Positions 19,356 to 29,594 of a stretch of 54,800 nt of DNA are shown piece by piece (within the stretch, counting starts at the first letter, position 1; each line of letters begins with the position of its first letter). The translations under genes were made by a program, and so were the position numbers. The notes under the pieces are model-generated. The model made no database searches. It was not told where the DNA came from and saw only the letters and a list, made by a program, of their open reading frames with translations. Source of the stretch: Capsulimonadales bacterium (GTDB taxonomy: Bacteria; Armatimonadota; Armatimonadia; Armatimonadales; Armatimonadaceae); contig JANRLW010000130.1 in the NCBI GenBank assembly GCA_033762295.1, forward strand, positions 1 to 54,800, in the 5' to 3' direction.

Positions 19356-21095
19356 GTGTCGTTTCCCGTTCGTCCGCCGGTTTTCTCCGAACCGTCCCTG
19401 TTTCTTGCCCGTTACACGCCGCGGTTGGTGCAAAGCCTGCGCGACGGATCGGCGGCGCGTTCGCTGGTCGGCGACCTGATTGCCGGGGTAACGGTCGGTC
19501 TGGTCGCCCTGCCGCTGGCCATGGCCTTCGGTATCTCCTCAAAAGTGACGCCGGAAGCCGGCATTTACACGGCGATCGTTGCCGGATTTCTGATTTCCGC
19601 TCTGGGCGGTTCGCGCGTGCAAATCGGTGGCCCGACCGGTGCGTTTGTTGTAATCGTTGCCGGAATCATTGACCGATTCGGCCTGTCCGGCCTGCTGATG
19701 GCGACTCTGATGGCCGGTCTCATGCTCGTGGGGATGGGCCTGAGCGGACTCGGAAAAACCATCCGGTTCATCCCGCGTCCGGTCACGATCGGTTTTACCA
19801 ACGGAATCGCCGTTTTGATTGCGTCGACGCAGATCAAGGACTTTCTCGGTCTTCAAGTCTCGAAGGTCCCGGGGGAGTTTCTCGAACGCATGCGTCTTCT
19901 GGCCGTCCATCTGAGCACGACGCAGTGGCCGACCCTGGCCGTCTCCGGGGCGTCCCTCCTGGTGATTTTGCTCTGGCCGCGCCTCTCCCGTCGCCTTCCG
20001 GGAACGGTGGTCGCGCTGGTTCTGGCGACGACCGCCGTCGCGGTGTTCCATCTGCCGGTGGACACCATTGGCAGCCGTTTCGGCGGGATACCGCAGGGTC
20101 TTCCGGCGTTCCGGATGCCGACGCTCGATCCGTCACAGATTCTGCCCCTGTTGCCCTCCGCCGTCACCATCGCTTTGCTGGCGGCGATCGAAAGTCTGCT
20201 TTCCGCGGTCGTGGCGGACCGAATGAGCGGCGACCGGCACAATCCGGACATGGAGTTGGTCGCGCAGGGGGTGGCGAACCTGGCGGTTCCCTTCGTCGGC
20301 GGCATTCCTGCGACCGGAGCGATCGCCCGAACGGCGACGAACGTTCGTTCGGGCGCGAAAACCCCGATATCCGGAGTCATTCACGCCGTCACGCTTCTGA
20401 TGGTCATTCTGTTTGCCGCCCGGCTCTCCGAATTCGTTCCGCTGGCGACTCTGGCCGCCGTCCTCTTCGTCGTCGCCTATAATATGGGGGAGTGGCACGA
20501 GATCAAGGACATTCTGCAGCTTTCGCGCGCGGATATCAGTGTCTGGGCCGCGACGTTCCTCCTGACGGTCATCGCCGATCTGACCGTGGCTGTCGAGGTC
20601 GGCATGGTTCTGGCGGCCCTGCTGCATATCGGTCGGGTAGCGCAGACGACGACGGTCGAACCGGTAACGGAGGAGTACCTGAAGGATAGTCTGGCGCACT
20701 CGCTACAGACTCGCGAAATGCCGCCGTACGTTACGATTCTGCGGATTCACGGGCCGTTTCTGTTCGGAACGACGGAAAAACTGGACGAGGCGACGGAGGA
20801 TCTGTCCCTTTTCCAGCCGATCGTCATCCTGCGCCTGCGAAACATGACCGCTCTGGACGGGACCGGTTTGCATTCGATCGAGAATCTGGCCGATCGCCTC
20901 CACGCCAGCGGGAAGACACTGCTTCTCGAAGGCATGCGTAACCAGCCCGCATCCCTGATCCGCCGCTCGCGCGACCTGGCGCAACATGTTGGCGAGGCGA
21001 ACATACTGCCGCACATCGAAGAGGCCCTGGCACGAGCGGAGGTATTGAACGAAACGACGCTGTCGGGACAACCGGATCGACCGGTCATCGTTTGA
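19356..21095 (+). CDS. SulP family anion transporter with STAS domain
   Basis: GDLIAGVTVGLVALPLAMAF, GGPTGAF, PATGAIART, STAS GPFLFG; RBS AAGGAG before GTG. Confidence 0.95.
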   Translation: MSFPVRPPVFSEPSLFLARYTPRLVQSLRDGSAARSLVGDLIAGVTVGLVALPLAMAFGISSKVTPEAGIYTAIVAGFLISALGGSRVQIGGPTGAFVVIVAGIIDRFGLSGLLMATLMAGLMLVGMGLSGLGKTIRFIPRPVTIGFTNGIAVLIASTQIKDFLGLQVSKVPGEFLERMRLLAVHLSTTQWPTLAVSGASLLVILLWPRLSRRLPGTVVALVLATTAVAVFHLPVDTIGSRFGGIPQGLPAFRMPTLDPSQILPLLPSAVTIALLAAIESLLSAVVADRMSGDRHNPDMELVAQGVANLAVPFVGGIPATGAIARTATNVRSGAKTPISGVIHAVTLLMVILFAARLSEFVPLATLAAVLFVVAYNMGEWHEIKDILQLSRADISVWAATFLLTVIADLTVAVEVGMVLAALLHIGRVAQTTTVEPVTEEYLKDSLAHSLQTREMPPYVTILRIHGPFLFGTTEKLDEATEDLSLFQPIVILRLRNMTALDGTGLHSIENLADRLHASGKTLLLEGMRNQPASLIRRSRDLAQHVGEANILPHIEEALARAEVLNETTLSGQPDRPVIV

Positions 21096-21175
21096 ACCCC
21101 GTCCCGCACTCGGGACATACGGGAAATCCGCTCCCGGCGGCAGGATCGAAAACGGGGTGGGACGAATGTAGAGTC

Positions 21176-21784
21176 ATGAGCAACTCCGTACTGATTCTGC
21201 ATGGCTGGGGCGGCAATAAGCCCGCGCACTGGCAGGAGCATCTCTTCCATGCCCTGCAAACCGCGGGTGTCAACGTCCGTTACCCGAAGTTCCCTGAACC
21301 GACCGCGCCGAACCTGACCGCCTGGCAGGAAACGCTGAACGGCGTTCTGGCCGAAATCAAGGCGTCGGGCGACTCCGCCCCCCTGACCGTCGTCACTCAT
21401 AGCCTGGGCGCAATCAACTGGCTGCACTACTGCGCGACCGCGACCGAAACCGTCGCCGACCGCGTTCTGCTGATCGCTCCGCCCTACGTCATCCCGGACA
21501 TTCCGCCCACGGACGCGCCGCCGGGCGTCGGGGGCTTCTTTCCGCCGCCGCTGTCCGTCGACGGCGTTGCGAAGGCCGCCCGGGAAACCCACTTTATCGC
21601 CTCCAACGATGACGATTACGCAACCTTCGAACAGACCAAAGCCTACGCCGATCGACTGGGCGTTCCGATCCATCTGCTGAAGGATGCCGGACATATCTCC
21701 CCCTACTGGGGATACGGCGAATGGCAGTGGATCATCGATTACTGCCAGGGCCGGGCGGAACTGCCGCCGCAGCCGAAGGCGTAG
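21176..21784 (+). CDS. RBBP9/YdeN family alpha/beta hydrolase
   Basis: ILHGWGG, HWQ, HSLG, SNDD, AGHI. Confidence 0.88.
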   Translation: MSNSVLILHGWGGNKPAHWQEHLFHALQTAGVNVRYPKFPEPTAPNLTAWQETLNGVLAEIKASGDSAPLTVVTHSLGAINWLHYCATATETVADRVLLIAPPYVIPDIPPTDAPPGVGGFFPPPLSVDGVAKAARETHFIASNDDDYATFEQTKAYADRLGVPIHLLKDAGHISPYWGYGEWQWIIDYCQGRAELPPQPKA

Positions 21785-21800
21785 GCGCGTTCCGATCTCC

Positions 21801-22724
21801 ATGGACGCGAAAGGAACGGGGCAACTCGTCCGGCACGTCCTCGGCGCGGAACCGGTCCGCGTCGAACCGATGACGTTCACCCATAGCGGGAACACGATCT
21901 TCAGTGTCGCCCTGGACGATGGCCGGGAGGTCATCGTCCGGATGCGTGGCCCGGACGAGGATACCTTCGCGCATACCGAACGTCACCTGCGGACGTTGAC
22001 CGATCTCGGTCTGCCTGCCCCGCGCCTTCTGGCTGCCGATGTCACCCGAACGCGATTTCCGTTCGCCTACCTGATCCTCGAAAAGCTCCCGGGGCGTGAC
22101 CTGTACTACGAACTCCCGTCGATGACTCGCGCCGGGATGTCCGAACTGGCCGCGCGGATCATCGAGTATCAAAGACGAGTCGCGACGCTGCCCGAGGGAA
22201 AGGGTTACGGATGGGGAGCGATCGGCGAAGGCGGTCCGGAACCGTCCTGGCTTTTCTGCCTCACACCGGGAAGCACTCCGCCGGTCGTCGATCCGGCATC
22301 CCCGGGCGGTGACTTCCGTCGACGGCTTTTTGACGCTCAGGTGCGTCTGCAACCCTACTTTCACACCGTGCGGCCGACTTGCTTTCTCGAGGACCTGACG
22401 ACCAAGAATGTCCTGCTGGAGAACGGCGAACTGACCGGCCTGATCGATTTCGACAGTGTCTGCTTCGGTGACCCGCTCTGGCAGATCGGTCTCGCCGCCG
22501 GGTGCGTTCTCAACGATGTCGGCGAGGAGTTCCTTTTTTATACCGAGGAGTTGTGCCGAATCCGGGGCATCTGCGGGGAGCGGACGGCAGCAGTCACCTT
22601 CTACGCGGCGGAACGCGCCACCGAGTTCCTGGAAATCGCCCGGGATGCCGGGGACACGCCTACCGCCGAACGGCTGGTTCCGGTCATCGATCGCTGGCTG
22701 AAAACGCTCGAACAGGCCGCATAG
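21801..22724 (+). CDS. APH/choline-kinase-like phosphotransferase
   Basis: EDLTTKNVLL and GLIDFD..GDP motifs. Confidence 0.8.
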   Translation: MDAKGTGQLVRHVLGAEPVRVEPMTFTHSGNTIFSVALDDGREVIVRMRGPDEDTFAHTERHLRTLTDLGLPAPRLLAADVTRTRFPFAYLILEKLPGRDLYYELPSMTRAGMSELAARIIEYQRRVATLPEGKGYGWGAIGEGGPEPSWLFCLTPGSTPPVVDPASPGGDFRRRLFDAQVRLQPYFHTVRPTCFLEDLTTKNVLLENGELTGLIDFDSVCFGDPLWQIGLAAGCVLNDVGEEFLFYTEELCRIRGICGERTAAVTFYAAERATEFLEIARDAGDTPTAERLVPVIDRWLKTLEQAA

Positions 22725-22725
22725 A

Positions 22726-22965
22726 TCACCCGGCCGGGACGCGCAGGCGGCGGACGATGCCGTACGCCGAGACGATCGCCCAGACCCCCTCCAGCAGCAG
22801 AAACCCCCACTGCCGGTCGATCGCCGCCAGAATCGCCAGCACGCCGGAACCGACCGCGTTCAAAATCAGATAACGAAACGAATCCGACCGCAGACGCCCG
22901 AGTTGCGCCAGCACGAACGCCAGAAGAACGCACAACGCGCCGCCGATCTGCCACACCGGTTCCAT
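22726..22965 (-). CDS. Small membrane protein (CBU_0592-like)
   Basis: Three hydrophobic segments; YLILNAVGS and QWGFLLLEGVW. Confidence 0.75.
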   Translation of the reverse strand: MEPVWQIGGALCVLLAFVLAQLGRLRSDSFRYLILNAVGSGVLAILAAIDRQWGFLLLEGVWAIVSAYGIVRRLRVPAG

Positions 22966-23262
22966 GGACAATTCCGTTCTCTCCCCTTTCCGCAGGTGCG
23001 GACGCCTACAATACTCCGGGACGGACGAAGTCGTTCCGTCGGCAAGCGTGCGAGCATCCGGGGAACGGTCATTAAGGAAATCGTAGTTTTAACCGACAAA
23101 AGTTGGCTATTAATGAAGATCATGCAAATTATTTGCTGTTATTTATTTAACATAAGTCTACTTAAACGTAATTCCTCCGGACGGGTTCGTTTCCAATGTC
23201 CGGTGGGTATCATCCCGGTGTAACGACCGGCAAGGCCGGTAAATACGCTCGGAGGAAAGAGA

Positions 23263-24144
23263 ATGATCCGATCAACCCGTCTGGTAGCTTTTGGAATTTT
23301 CGCCATTTTACCGTTGGTCACCGTCGCGACCACGGCGAAGGCGGAGACCCTGTTCGCCCTGACGACCGGCAATGACCTGTACCGCTTTGACTCGGCCACA
23401 CCCGGCACGGCAACGCTGCTCGCGACGATCGCCCTTCCGGGGTCGGAAGACATCCTGTCGATGGACTTCCGCGCCACCGACCGGCAGTTGTATGTCCTCG
23501 GCGCGGCCGGTAATCTCTACAGTCTGGATGCGACCTTCGCTCCGACGCTGGTCAGTTCGGCGCTGGTCGGTGTCGTGTCCGGCACCGATTACGAGATCGA
23601 CTTCAATCCGGTGCCGAACGCGCTGCGCATCCTTCGTAGCGACGGACAGAACAGCCGACTTTCCGGAGGGCCGGGGTTAGGGACGTTCAACGATGATACG
23701 GATTATCCGGCCGGTCCCCCCCGTGTCGGCGATGCCTATACCAACAACGACGTGAACCCGAACACGGGCACCACGCTCTTCGTGCTCAACGGGGGCGCGG
23801 GCAGTTCGCTGATCCAGGTGACCAACGCGAACAATCCGCCGGCGGGCAGTCTGATCGACCGGGGAACGCTCGGAGTCACTCTGAGCGCACCGACCCCCTT
23901 CGAAATCTCCAGCGCGACCGGCAGCGGCTACCTGATCTCCGGGGACAGCCTCTACAGTGTGGATGTGACGACCGCCGGGTCGGTCGATAACCGGGCCACG
24001 CTGATCGGGCAGATCAACGGGGGCGGGCTGGCGTTCAAGGGGCTTGCCGCCTCGGCGGCCGCGCCGGAACCGGGCACCCTGGCGCTGCTCGGACTGGGAT
24101 TTGTCGGCGGTATTCTGGCCCGCCGCCGCGCCGCTCGCGGGTAA
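23263..24144 (+). CDS. DUF4394-like domain protein with PEP-CTERM sorting signal
   Basis: Signal peptide; DFRAT..LY, DFNPVPNALR, AYTN; APEPGTLALLGLG...RRR; RBS GGAGG. Confidence 0.88.
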   Translation: MIRSTRLVAFGIFAILPLVTVATTAKAETLFALTTGNDLYRFDSATPGTATLLATIALPGSEDILSMDFRATDRQLYVLGAAGNLYSLDATFAPTLVSSALVGVVSGTDYEIDFNPVPNALRILRSDGQNSRLSGGPGLGTFNDDTDYPAGPPRVGDAYTNNDVNPNTGTTLFVLNGGAGSSLIQVTNANNPPAGSLIDRGTLGVTLSAPTPFEISSATGSGYLISGDSLYSVDVTTAGSVDNRATLIGQINGGGLAFKGLAASAAAPEPGTLALLGLGFVGGILARRRAARG

Positions 24145-24153
24145 TTCTCGAAA

Positions 24154-24184
24154 CCGCTCCCTGACCGAAAGGATCAGGGAGCGG
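24154..24184. terminator. Stem-loop between convergent genes
   Basis: ccgctccctga-ccgaaagga-tcagggagcgg, 11-bp stem. Confidence 0.6.
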
Positions 24185-25004
24185 CTCTCAGCGTCTCCCC
24201 GACCCGCAGAACGGTCGACGGGCCGAATCGATCGTGGATCAGATTGGTCGCGAAGTTCACCTTGCCGTCGGCATCCCGACGAAACCGGGCGAGGATGGCG
24301 AGCGGTTCCGGGCCGGTCCTCTCCCCCGTCTCCTGATCGATCGTCGTCACGGCGCACCGGGCGCACGGTTTGGCCACCCGGAAGGTGAGGCCGGACTCTT
24401 CGACGGTCAGCGTTCGCCAGTGGTCCTCCGCCCAGGCGGACGCGCCCGACACCACGATATTCGGACGGAAGCGGATCATCGGAACAGGTTCGCTCCCTTG
24501 CTCCAGTAGCCGCGCATTCAGATCGTCGAGCGATGCCATGTTTGCCAGCAACAGGGGAAAGCCATCGGCGAATCCCACCCGGTCGTTCGGTCGAGCGTAC
24601 GCGGGTTGGACGCGCCGGGTGAAATCGTTCGGCGTACGCACCAGGCGGGCACCGAAGCCGAGAATCTCGGAAAACCACGCCGCCGCCGCCTCGCCTTCAT
24701 CGATCGTTTCGCCCGTGAATCCCCAGACCGTGACGTTACGGCGCACGAGGTCCGCATCGACGACCGGCGGCAAAAACAGCGGGGATCGCCCCTCGAAGCG
24801 CACCGTCAGCCCGTCTTCGGCGAGCGTCGGCCAAACCCGGGCCAGAAGCGGTACCTCCCTCTGGGTCAGGAAACGCCCGTCCGTCGCGCGAACCAGCATC
24901 CAGCGGCGATCTCCGACAAGGCCCTGCTCGTCGAGAACGGCTTCCGTTCCGGTCATACGATGACAACCTTTGATCGGGTAGACATTCAGTTCCGTAATCA
25001 TCAT
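24174..25004 (-). CDS. MOSC domain protein (YcbX-like, no ferredoxin domain)
   Basis: YPIKGC, DRRWM, FADGFP, RFRPNIV, KPCARC. Confidence 0.92.
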   Translation of the reverse strand: MMITELNVYPIKGCHRMTGTEAVLDEQGLVGDRRWMLVRATDGRFLTQREVPLLARVWPTLAEDGLTVRFEGRSPLFLPPVVDADLVRRNVTVWGFTGETIDEGEAAAAWFSEILGFGARLVRTPNDFTRRVQPAYARPNDRVGFADGFPLLLANMASLDDLNARLLEQGSEPVPMIRFRPNIVVSGASAWAEDHWRTLTVEESGLTFRVAKPCARCAVTTIDQETGERTGPEPLAILARFRRDADGKVNFATNLIHDRFGPSTVLRVGETLRAAP

Positions 25005-25153
25005 GGCGGCGCTCGGTTCTCCCAGGGAAACTCCCGGACAGGATACCCACTCCGAAGGGCATCGGGCGACCTTTCGGGACGCGAACGGTACGTTCTTTTT
25101 TAGCTGCGATACAATCGGAGTAACAACCGGACGCAACCGAAAGGACCCCTCCC

Positions 25154-26071
25154 GTGCCGAACACTCCCTGGCGGGATGTTTTCCCCGCCGTGACCACACA
25201 GATGAAACAGGACCAATCTCTCGATCCGGAGGCGACCGCGCGCCATCTGGATGTTCTGATTGAATCGGGCGTTTCGGGCCTGATCATGCTCGGTTCGCTG
25301 GGCGAGAATGTGACGCTCGATCCCGAGGAGAAAGAGACGGTGCTGCGGACGGCGATGGATGTCGCCGGGGGACGTGTCCCGGTCCTGAGCGGAGTCGCCG
25401 AGTGCAGTACCGCCGCTGCCGTCCGGTTCGCCCGCCGGGTCGAGGACCTGGGCGTGGACGGGATCATGCTCCTGCCCCCCATGGTCTACCGGGCCGATCC
25501 GCGCGAGACGATCGCCCACTTCCGCGCCGTCGCCGGAGCCACCGATCTTCCGATCATCGTTTATAACAATCCTCTCGCCTACCATGCCGACATCACCCCC
25601 GAGATGTTCGACGAACTCTCCGATGAAATGAACCTGGTCGCGATCAAGGAATCGTCGGGGAACGTCCGTCGGATCACCGATATCATTAACCGGGTCGGCG
25701 ACCGCTACCGGATCTTTACCGGGGTGGACGATCTCGTTCTGGAAAGCGTCCTTCTGGGAGCGGAGGGTTGGATCGCCGGGGTCGGCCTCGCCTTTCCGAA
25801 GGAGAACCAGTACCTCTGGGACCTGATGATGGCGGGCCGCTGGGACGAAGCCCGTACGCTGTATCGCTGGTTCACTCCGCTGCTGCATCTCGATACGCCG
25901 ATCAAGTTCGTACAGTACATCAAATTGATGATCCAGGAGTGCGGGCTTGGCGCGGAGTGGGTACGCGCGCCCCGTCTGCCGATCGAGGGGGACGAGCGGG
26001 AGGCCGTGCTATCGGTGATCCGGCAGGGGATCGCGACCCGTCCCGAGATTCCGGAACGGACCGCGCCATGA
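25154..26071 (+). CDS. DHDPS-family protein, probable Delta1-pyrroline-4-hydroxy-2-carboxylate deaminase
   Basis: GSLGEN, YNNP, IKESSG, GVDDL, KFVQYIK; in an operon with the hydroxyproline epimerase. Confidence 0.85.
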   Translation: MPNTPWRDVFPAVTTQMKQDQSLDPEATARHLDVLIESGVSGLIMLGSLGENVTLDPEEKETVLRTAMDVAGGRVPVLSGVAECSTAAAVRFARRVEDLGVDGIMLLPPMVYRADPRETIAHFRAVAGATDLPIIVYNNPLAYHADITPEMFDELSDEMNLVAIKESSGNVRRITDIINRVGDRYRIFTGVDDLVLESVLLGAEGWIAGVGLAFPKENQYLWDLMMAGRWDEARTLYRWFTPLLHLDTPIKFVQYIKLMIQECGLGAEWVRAPRLPIEGDEREAVLSVIRQGIATRPEIPERTAP

Positions 26072-27012
26072 GCGTTCGGCGCATCCATGTCATCGATTCG
26101 CATACCGAAGGAGAGCCGACCCGCGTGGTCGTCGATGGCGGGCCGGGTCTCGGTGACGGTCCGCTCGCCGAACGACGTGATCGCTTTCGGGAACGGTTCG
26201 ACGGAGACCGAACGGCCATCGTCTGCGAGCCGCGTGGTTCCGACGTCCTCGTCGGCGCTCTGCTGACCGAACCGGCCGCGCCGGATTGCATCATCGGCGT
26301 GATCTTCTTTAACAATGTCGGCTACCTGGGGATGTGCGGGCATGGTCTCATCGGGGTGATGGCGACCCTCGCCCACCTTGAACGTATCGGCCCGGGAACG
26401 TACCGGATCGATACCCCGGCGGGTGTCGTGACCGCGACCCTGCACGACGACGGCGGCGTCTCCGTTCGCAATGTCCCGTCGTACCGTCTGGCAAAGGACG
26501 TTCCGGTTCGGGTCGAGGGGTACGGTACCGTCTACGGCGATATCGCCTATGGCGGAAACTGGTTCTTTCTGGTGTCCGACCACGGGCAGGAGTTGTCGCT
26601 GACCCGTGCCGAGGAGTTGACGGACTTCACCTGGCGGATTCGCCGGTCGCTGGCCGCGCAGGGCATTACCGGCCAGGACGGAGCGGAGATCGACCATATC
26701 GAGTTGTTCGCTCCCTCGCCGACGCCCGGCGCACACAGTCGGAACTTCGTCCTCTGTCCCGGCAAGGCGTATGACCGCTCGCCCTGCGGCACCGGCACCA
26801 GCGCCAAGCTGGCCTGCCTGTTCGCCGACGGCAAACTGGCCGAGGGACAGGTTTGGGAGCAGGAGAGTCTGGTCGGCAGCCGGTTCCGCGGATCGGTCGT
26901 GCGGGACGGTGACCGTGTCCTCCCCACAATCACCGGACGGGCCTACATCACGGCGGATACCACGTTGATCCTGCACCCGGACGACCCGTTTCGCCAGGGA
27001 ATCCGCGCATGA
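26068..27012 (+). CDS. 4-hydroxyproline 2-epimerase (proline racemase family)
   Basis: [26 protein letters not shown] and DRSPCGTG (Cys/Cys pair). Confidence 0.92.
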   Translation: MSVRRIHVIDSHTEGEPTRVVVDGGPGLGDGPLAERRDRFRERFDGDRTAIVCEPRGSDVLVGALLTEPAAPDCIIGVIFFNNVGYLGMCGHGLIGVMATLAHLERIGPGTYRIDTPAGVVTATLHDDGGVSVRNVPSYRLAKDVPVRVEGYGTVYGDIAYGGNWFFLVSDHGQELSLTRAEELTDFTWRIRRSLAAQGITGQDGAEIDHIELFAPSPTPGAHSRNFVLCPGKAYDRSPCGTGTSAKLACLFADGKLAEGQVWEQESLVGSRFRGSVVRDGDRVLPTITGRAYITADTTLILHPDDPFRQGIRA

Positions 27013-28280
27013 GTCGTGCGAAATCGGTCGTGGTCGTCGGCGGGGGTGTGGTCGGGCTTTCGATCGCCTGGTATGTCCGGCAACGGGGTCATTCCGTCAC
27101 CGTGGTGGATCGCGGACCGGCGGATCGGGCGAACTGTTCCCGGATCAACGCCGGGATGATTGTCCCGAGCCATATTGTCCCGCTGGCCGCGCCGGGCATG
27201 ATAGAACTGGGACTCCGGATGCTACCGAACCCCGAAAGTCCGTTTTCGATCCGTCCCCGTCCCTCCCCCGATCTGGTGCGCTGGGGTCTCCTTTTCATGC
27301 GCAACGCGAATACCGGACATGTCGAGCGGTCCGCTCCCCTGTTGCGCGATTTGAACCTGGAGAGTCGCCGCTGTTACGAGGAGTTCGCGGATCGTTTCGG
27401 CAACACCTTCGATCTGGTGAAAAAGGGTTTGCTGATGCTCTTCCGATCCGAACAGGCGCTGCGGGAAGAGGCCCGAATTGCGGAGCGGGCGCGGACTCTG
27501 GGTATCCCGGCGGACGTACTGACGGCGGAGGCGACGGCGAAACTCGATCCCGCGGTCCGGATGGATATCGTCGGTTCGGTCCATTTTCCGCAGGACTGCC
27601 ACTTCTCGCCGCAACGGTTTCTCGAACGATTGACCGGCGAACTCCTCGGGGCCGGTGTCACGCTTCATGCCGACACGGAGGTGACCGGTTGGCGCGTCGA
27701 AGGGGGGCGTGTGACGGCGGCGCGGACCCGGACGGACGACCTCCCCGGCGACGAATTCGTTCTGGCGGGCGGCGCGTGGTCGCCGGAAACGGTGAGGGAA
27801 CTCGGTATCCGCCTTCCGATGCAGGCGGGAAAGGGATACAGTCTCACCCTCGATAGACCGCCGCAACAGCCGACGATCTGTTCGATCCTGACCGAGGCGC
27901 GGGTCGCGATCACGCCGATGGGCTCGTCCCTGCGGGTCGGCGGCACCATGGAGATCACGGGGAACGACCTGTCGGTGAACGAACGCCGGGTGGAAGGCAT
28001 CCGGAAATCGGTCCCGCTCTACTTTCCGGAGTTCAAGGCCGACGACCTGCGGAGCGCGCCGGTCCGGAGCGGGCTGCGTCCCTGCTCGCCGGACGGTCTG
28101 CCGTATGTCGGCCGGTTTGCCCGGTTCGAGAATCTGTCCGTCGCCACCGGGCATGCCATGATGGGCATGAGCCTCGGTCCGATCACGGGGAAGTTGATCG
28201 CCGAACTGCTTTCCGACGAAACCCCCTCCGTCCGAGTCGAGGCTCTGTCTCCCGACCGCTTCGGAGGACACCGGAGGTAA
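27009..28280 (+). CDS. D-amino acid dehydrogenase family flavoprotein, probable D-hydroxyproline dehydrogenase
   Basis: [36 protein letters not shown] coupling. Confidence 0.85.
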   Translation: MSRAKSVVVVGGGVVGLSIAWYVRQRGHSVTVVDRGPADRANCSRINAGMIVPSHIVPLAAPGMIELGLRMLPNPESPFSIRPRPSPDLVRWGLLFMRNANTGHVERSAPLLRDLNLESRRCYEEFADRFGNTFDLVKKGLLMLFRSEQALREEARIAERARTLGIPADVLTAEATAKLDPAVRMDIVGSVHFPQDCHFSPQRFLERLTGELLGAGVTLHADTEVTGWRVEGGRVTAARTRTDDLPGDEFVLAGGAWSPETVRELGIRLPMQAGKGYSLTLDRPPQQPTICSILTEARVAITPMGSSLRVGGTMEITGNDLSVNERRVEGIRKSVPLYFPEFKADDLRSAPVRSGLRPCSPDGLPYVGRFARFENLSVATGHAMMGMSLGPITGKLIAELLSDETPSVRVEALSPDRFGGHRR

Positions 28281-28288
28281 ACTTTGCT

Positions 28289-28777
28289 ATGCCCACCAAC
28301 GAAACCGTTTTGAAAGCGCTTGCCGACCTGCTGACGGAGAACTTCGAAGGCCCGCACGATCCGCCCGGCCCGTTCTTTACCGATACGGAGGCGGGCACGG
28401 GTCTGTTCGGCGTACTGGAGCGTTTGTCGGCGGAGCAGGCGTCGGTGACGCCCGGAGCCGACGAAGCGCGGCGCGGGGCCACCGTCGCCGCCCACGCCGA
28501 GCATCTACGCTGGAGCCTGGCCCTGATGAACGCCTGGATGCGCGACGAACAGCCGGAGCATGACTGGGAGGACAGCTGGTCGATCACGACGGTCGATCCG
28601 GTTGCCTGGGACACTCTGCGCAACGCCCTGCGCGACGAGTATCGAAGGATTCGCGAACGGATCGCCGCCCAGACCGAACTTCCCGATTTTTACGTCGCCG
28701 GTTCCTTCGGCTTTGTGGCGCATATGGCCTACCACTTCGGCGCAATCCGGCAGTACGTCCTCCTGATCGCCGGATAG
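28289..28777 (+). CDS. DinB-like protein
   Basis: HAEH and AHMAYHFGAIRQ His motifs. Confidence 0.78.
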   Translation: MPTNETVLKALADLLTENFEGPHDPPGPFFTDTEAGTGLFGVLERLSAEQASVTPGADEARRGATVAAHAEHLRWSLALMNAWMRDEQPEHDWEDSWSITTVDPVAWDTLRNALRDEYRRIRERIAAQTELPDFYVAGSFGFVAHMAYHFGAIRQYVLLIAG

Positions 28778-28807
28778 CGAGGATTCAGCCGACGAGGAAG
28801 CCGTGAT

Positions 28808-29542
28808 TCAGAGTTGGTCGTAGTAGCCCTGTACCAGATCAACGTCCACCGTTTCGTCGAGCGGCATCCCGAGGCGTTCGTAGTGCTTGCGGCGGGCGCG
28901 CATGTCGGCCAGCAGGACCGCACGGGCATGCACGGCCACCTCCCCGGCGACTTCGAACGGAACGACGACCACGCCGTCATCATCGCAGCCGACCAGATCG
29001 CCGGGTCGAACCTGTACGCCTCCGCACCCGATCCGGGTTTGAACATCGGCGATTTCGATCCGTCCCGGTATGATGGTACGCCCCCGCGCCCGGCAGCAGA
29101 TCGGTGTTTTCTGGATCGTCAATTCGGCGGTGTCGCGGCAGCAGCCGTTGGTGATGATCCCGACCGCGCCCGCCCCCACGGTGTTGATGCCGTTTTCCGA
29201 ACCCCAGAACCCGACCTCGCGCGCCCCGCCGACATCCGTGACGACCACGTGCCCCTCGCGGATTTGATCGTGATAGCGAACGTTCCCCATCTTCCCGAAC
29301 CAGAGACCGTGGGCGCGAACGATATCCTCGGTCGTCTCCAGCCGCCACATCGGGCGGTTGGCCGGGACGCAGCGAACGGTGAGGGCGACGCCCCAGAACT
29401 TCATTCCGGGCCAGAGCGGACGAATCTCGGGCGACATCAGGGTGATGTCAAAGAATCCGATTCCGTCGAGCGCATCGCAGACATCGGCGACTCGCAGATA
29501 TTTGTATAGTTTTCGTAGTTCGAAAGCGGCTTCGCTCTCCAT
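28808..29542 (-). CDS. RraA/HMG-aldolase family protein
   Basis: DVCDALD, WGS, CRD, GGVQVRPGDLVGCDDDGVVVVP. Confidence 0.88.
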   Translation of the reverse strand: MESEAAFELRKLYKYLRVADVCDALDGIGFFDITLMSPEIRPLWPGMKFWGVALTVRCVPANRPMWRLETTEDIVRAHGLWFGKMGNVRYHDQIREGHVVVTDVGGAREVGFWGSENGINTVGAGAVGIITNGCCRDTAELTIQKTPICCRARGRTIIPGRIEIADVQTRIGCGGVQVRPGDLVGCDDDGVVVVPFEVAGEVAVHARAVLLADMRARRKHYERLGMPLDETVDVDLVQGYYDQL

Positions 29543-29594
29543 AGGTTCCCCTCCTTCGCGCACTATACCCGAAGGGGAATCCGTTTCCGCCGAC

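Noticed and set aside
21801..22724. Aminoglycoside resistance gene
   Set aside because: Only the general APH-like fold is supported; substrate cannot be inferred.
25154..26071. dapA (lysine biosynthesis)
   Set aside because: GSLGE rather than GTTGE, and the operon context points to hydroxyproline catabolism.
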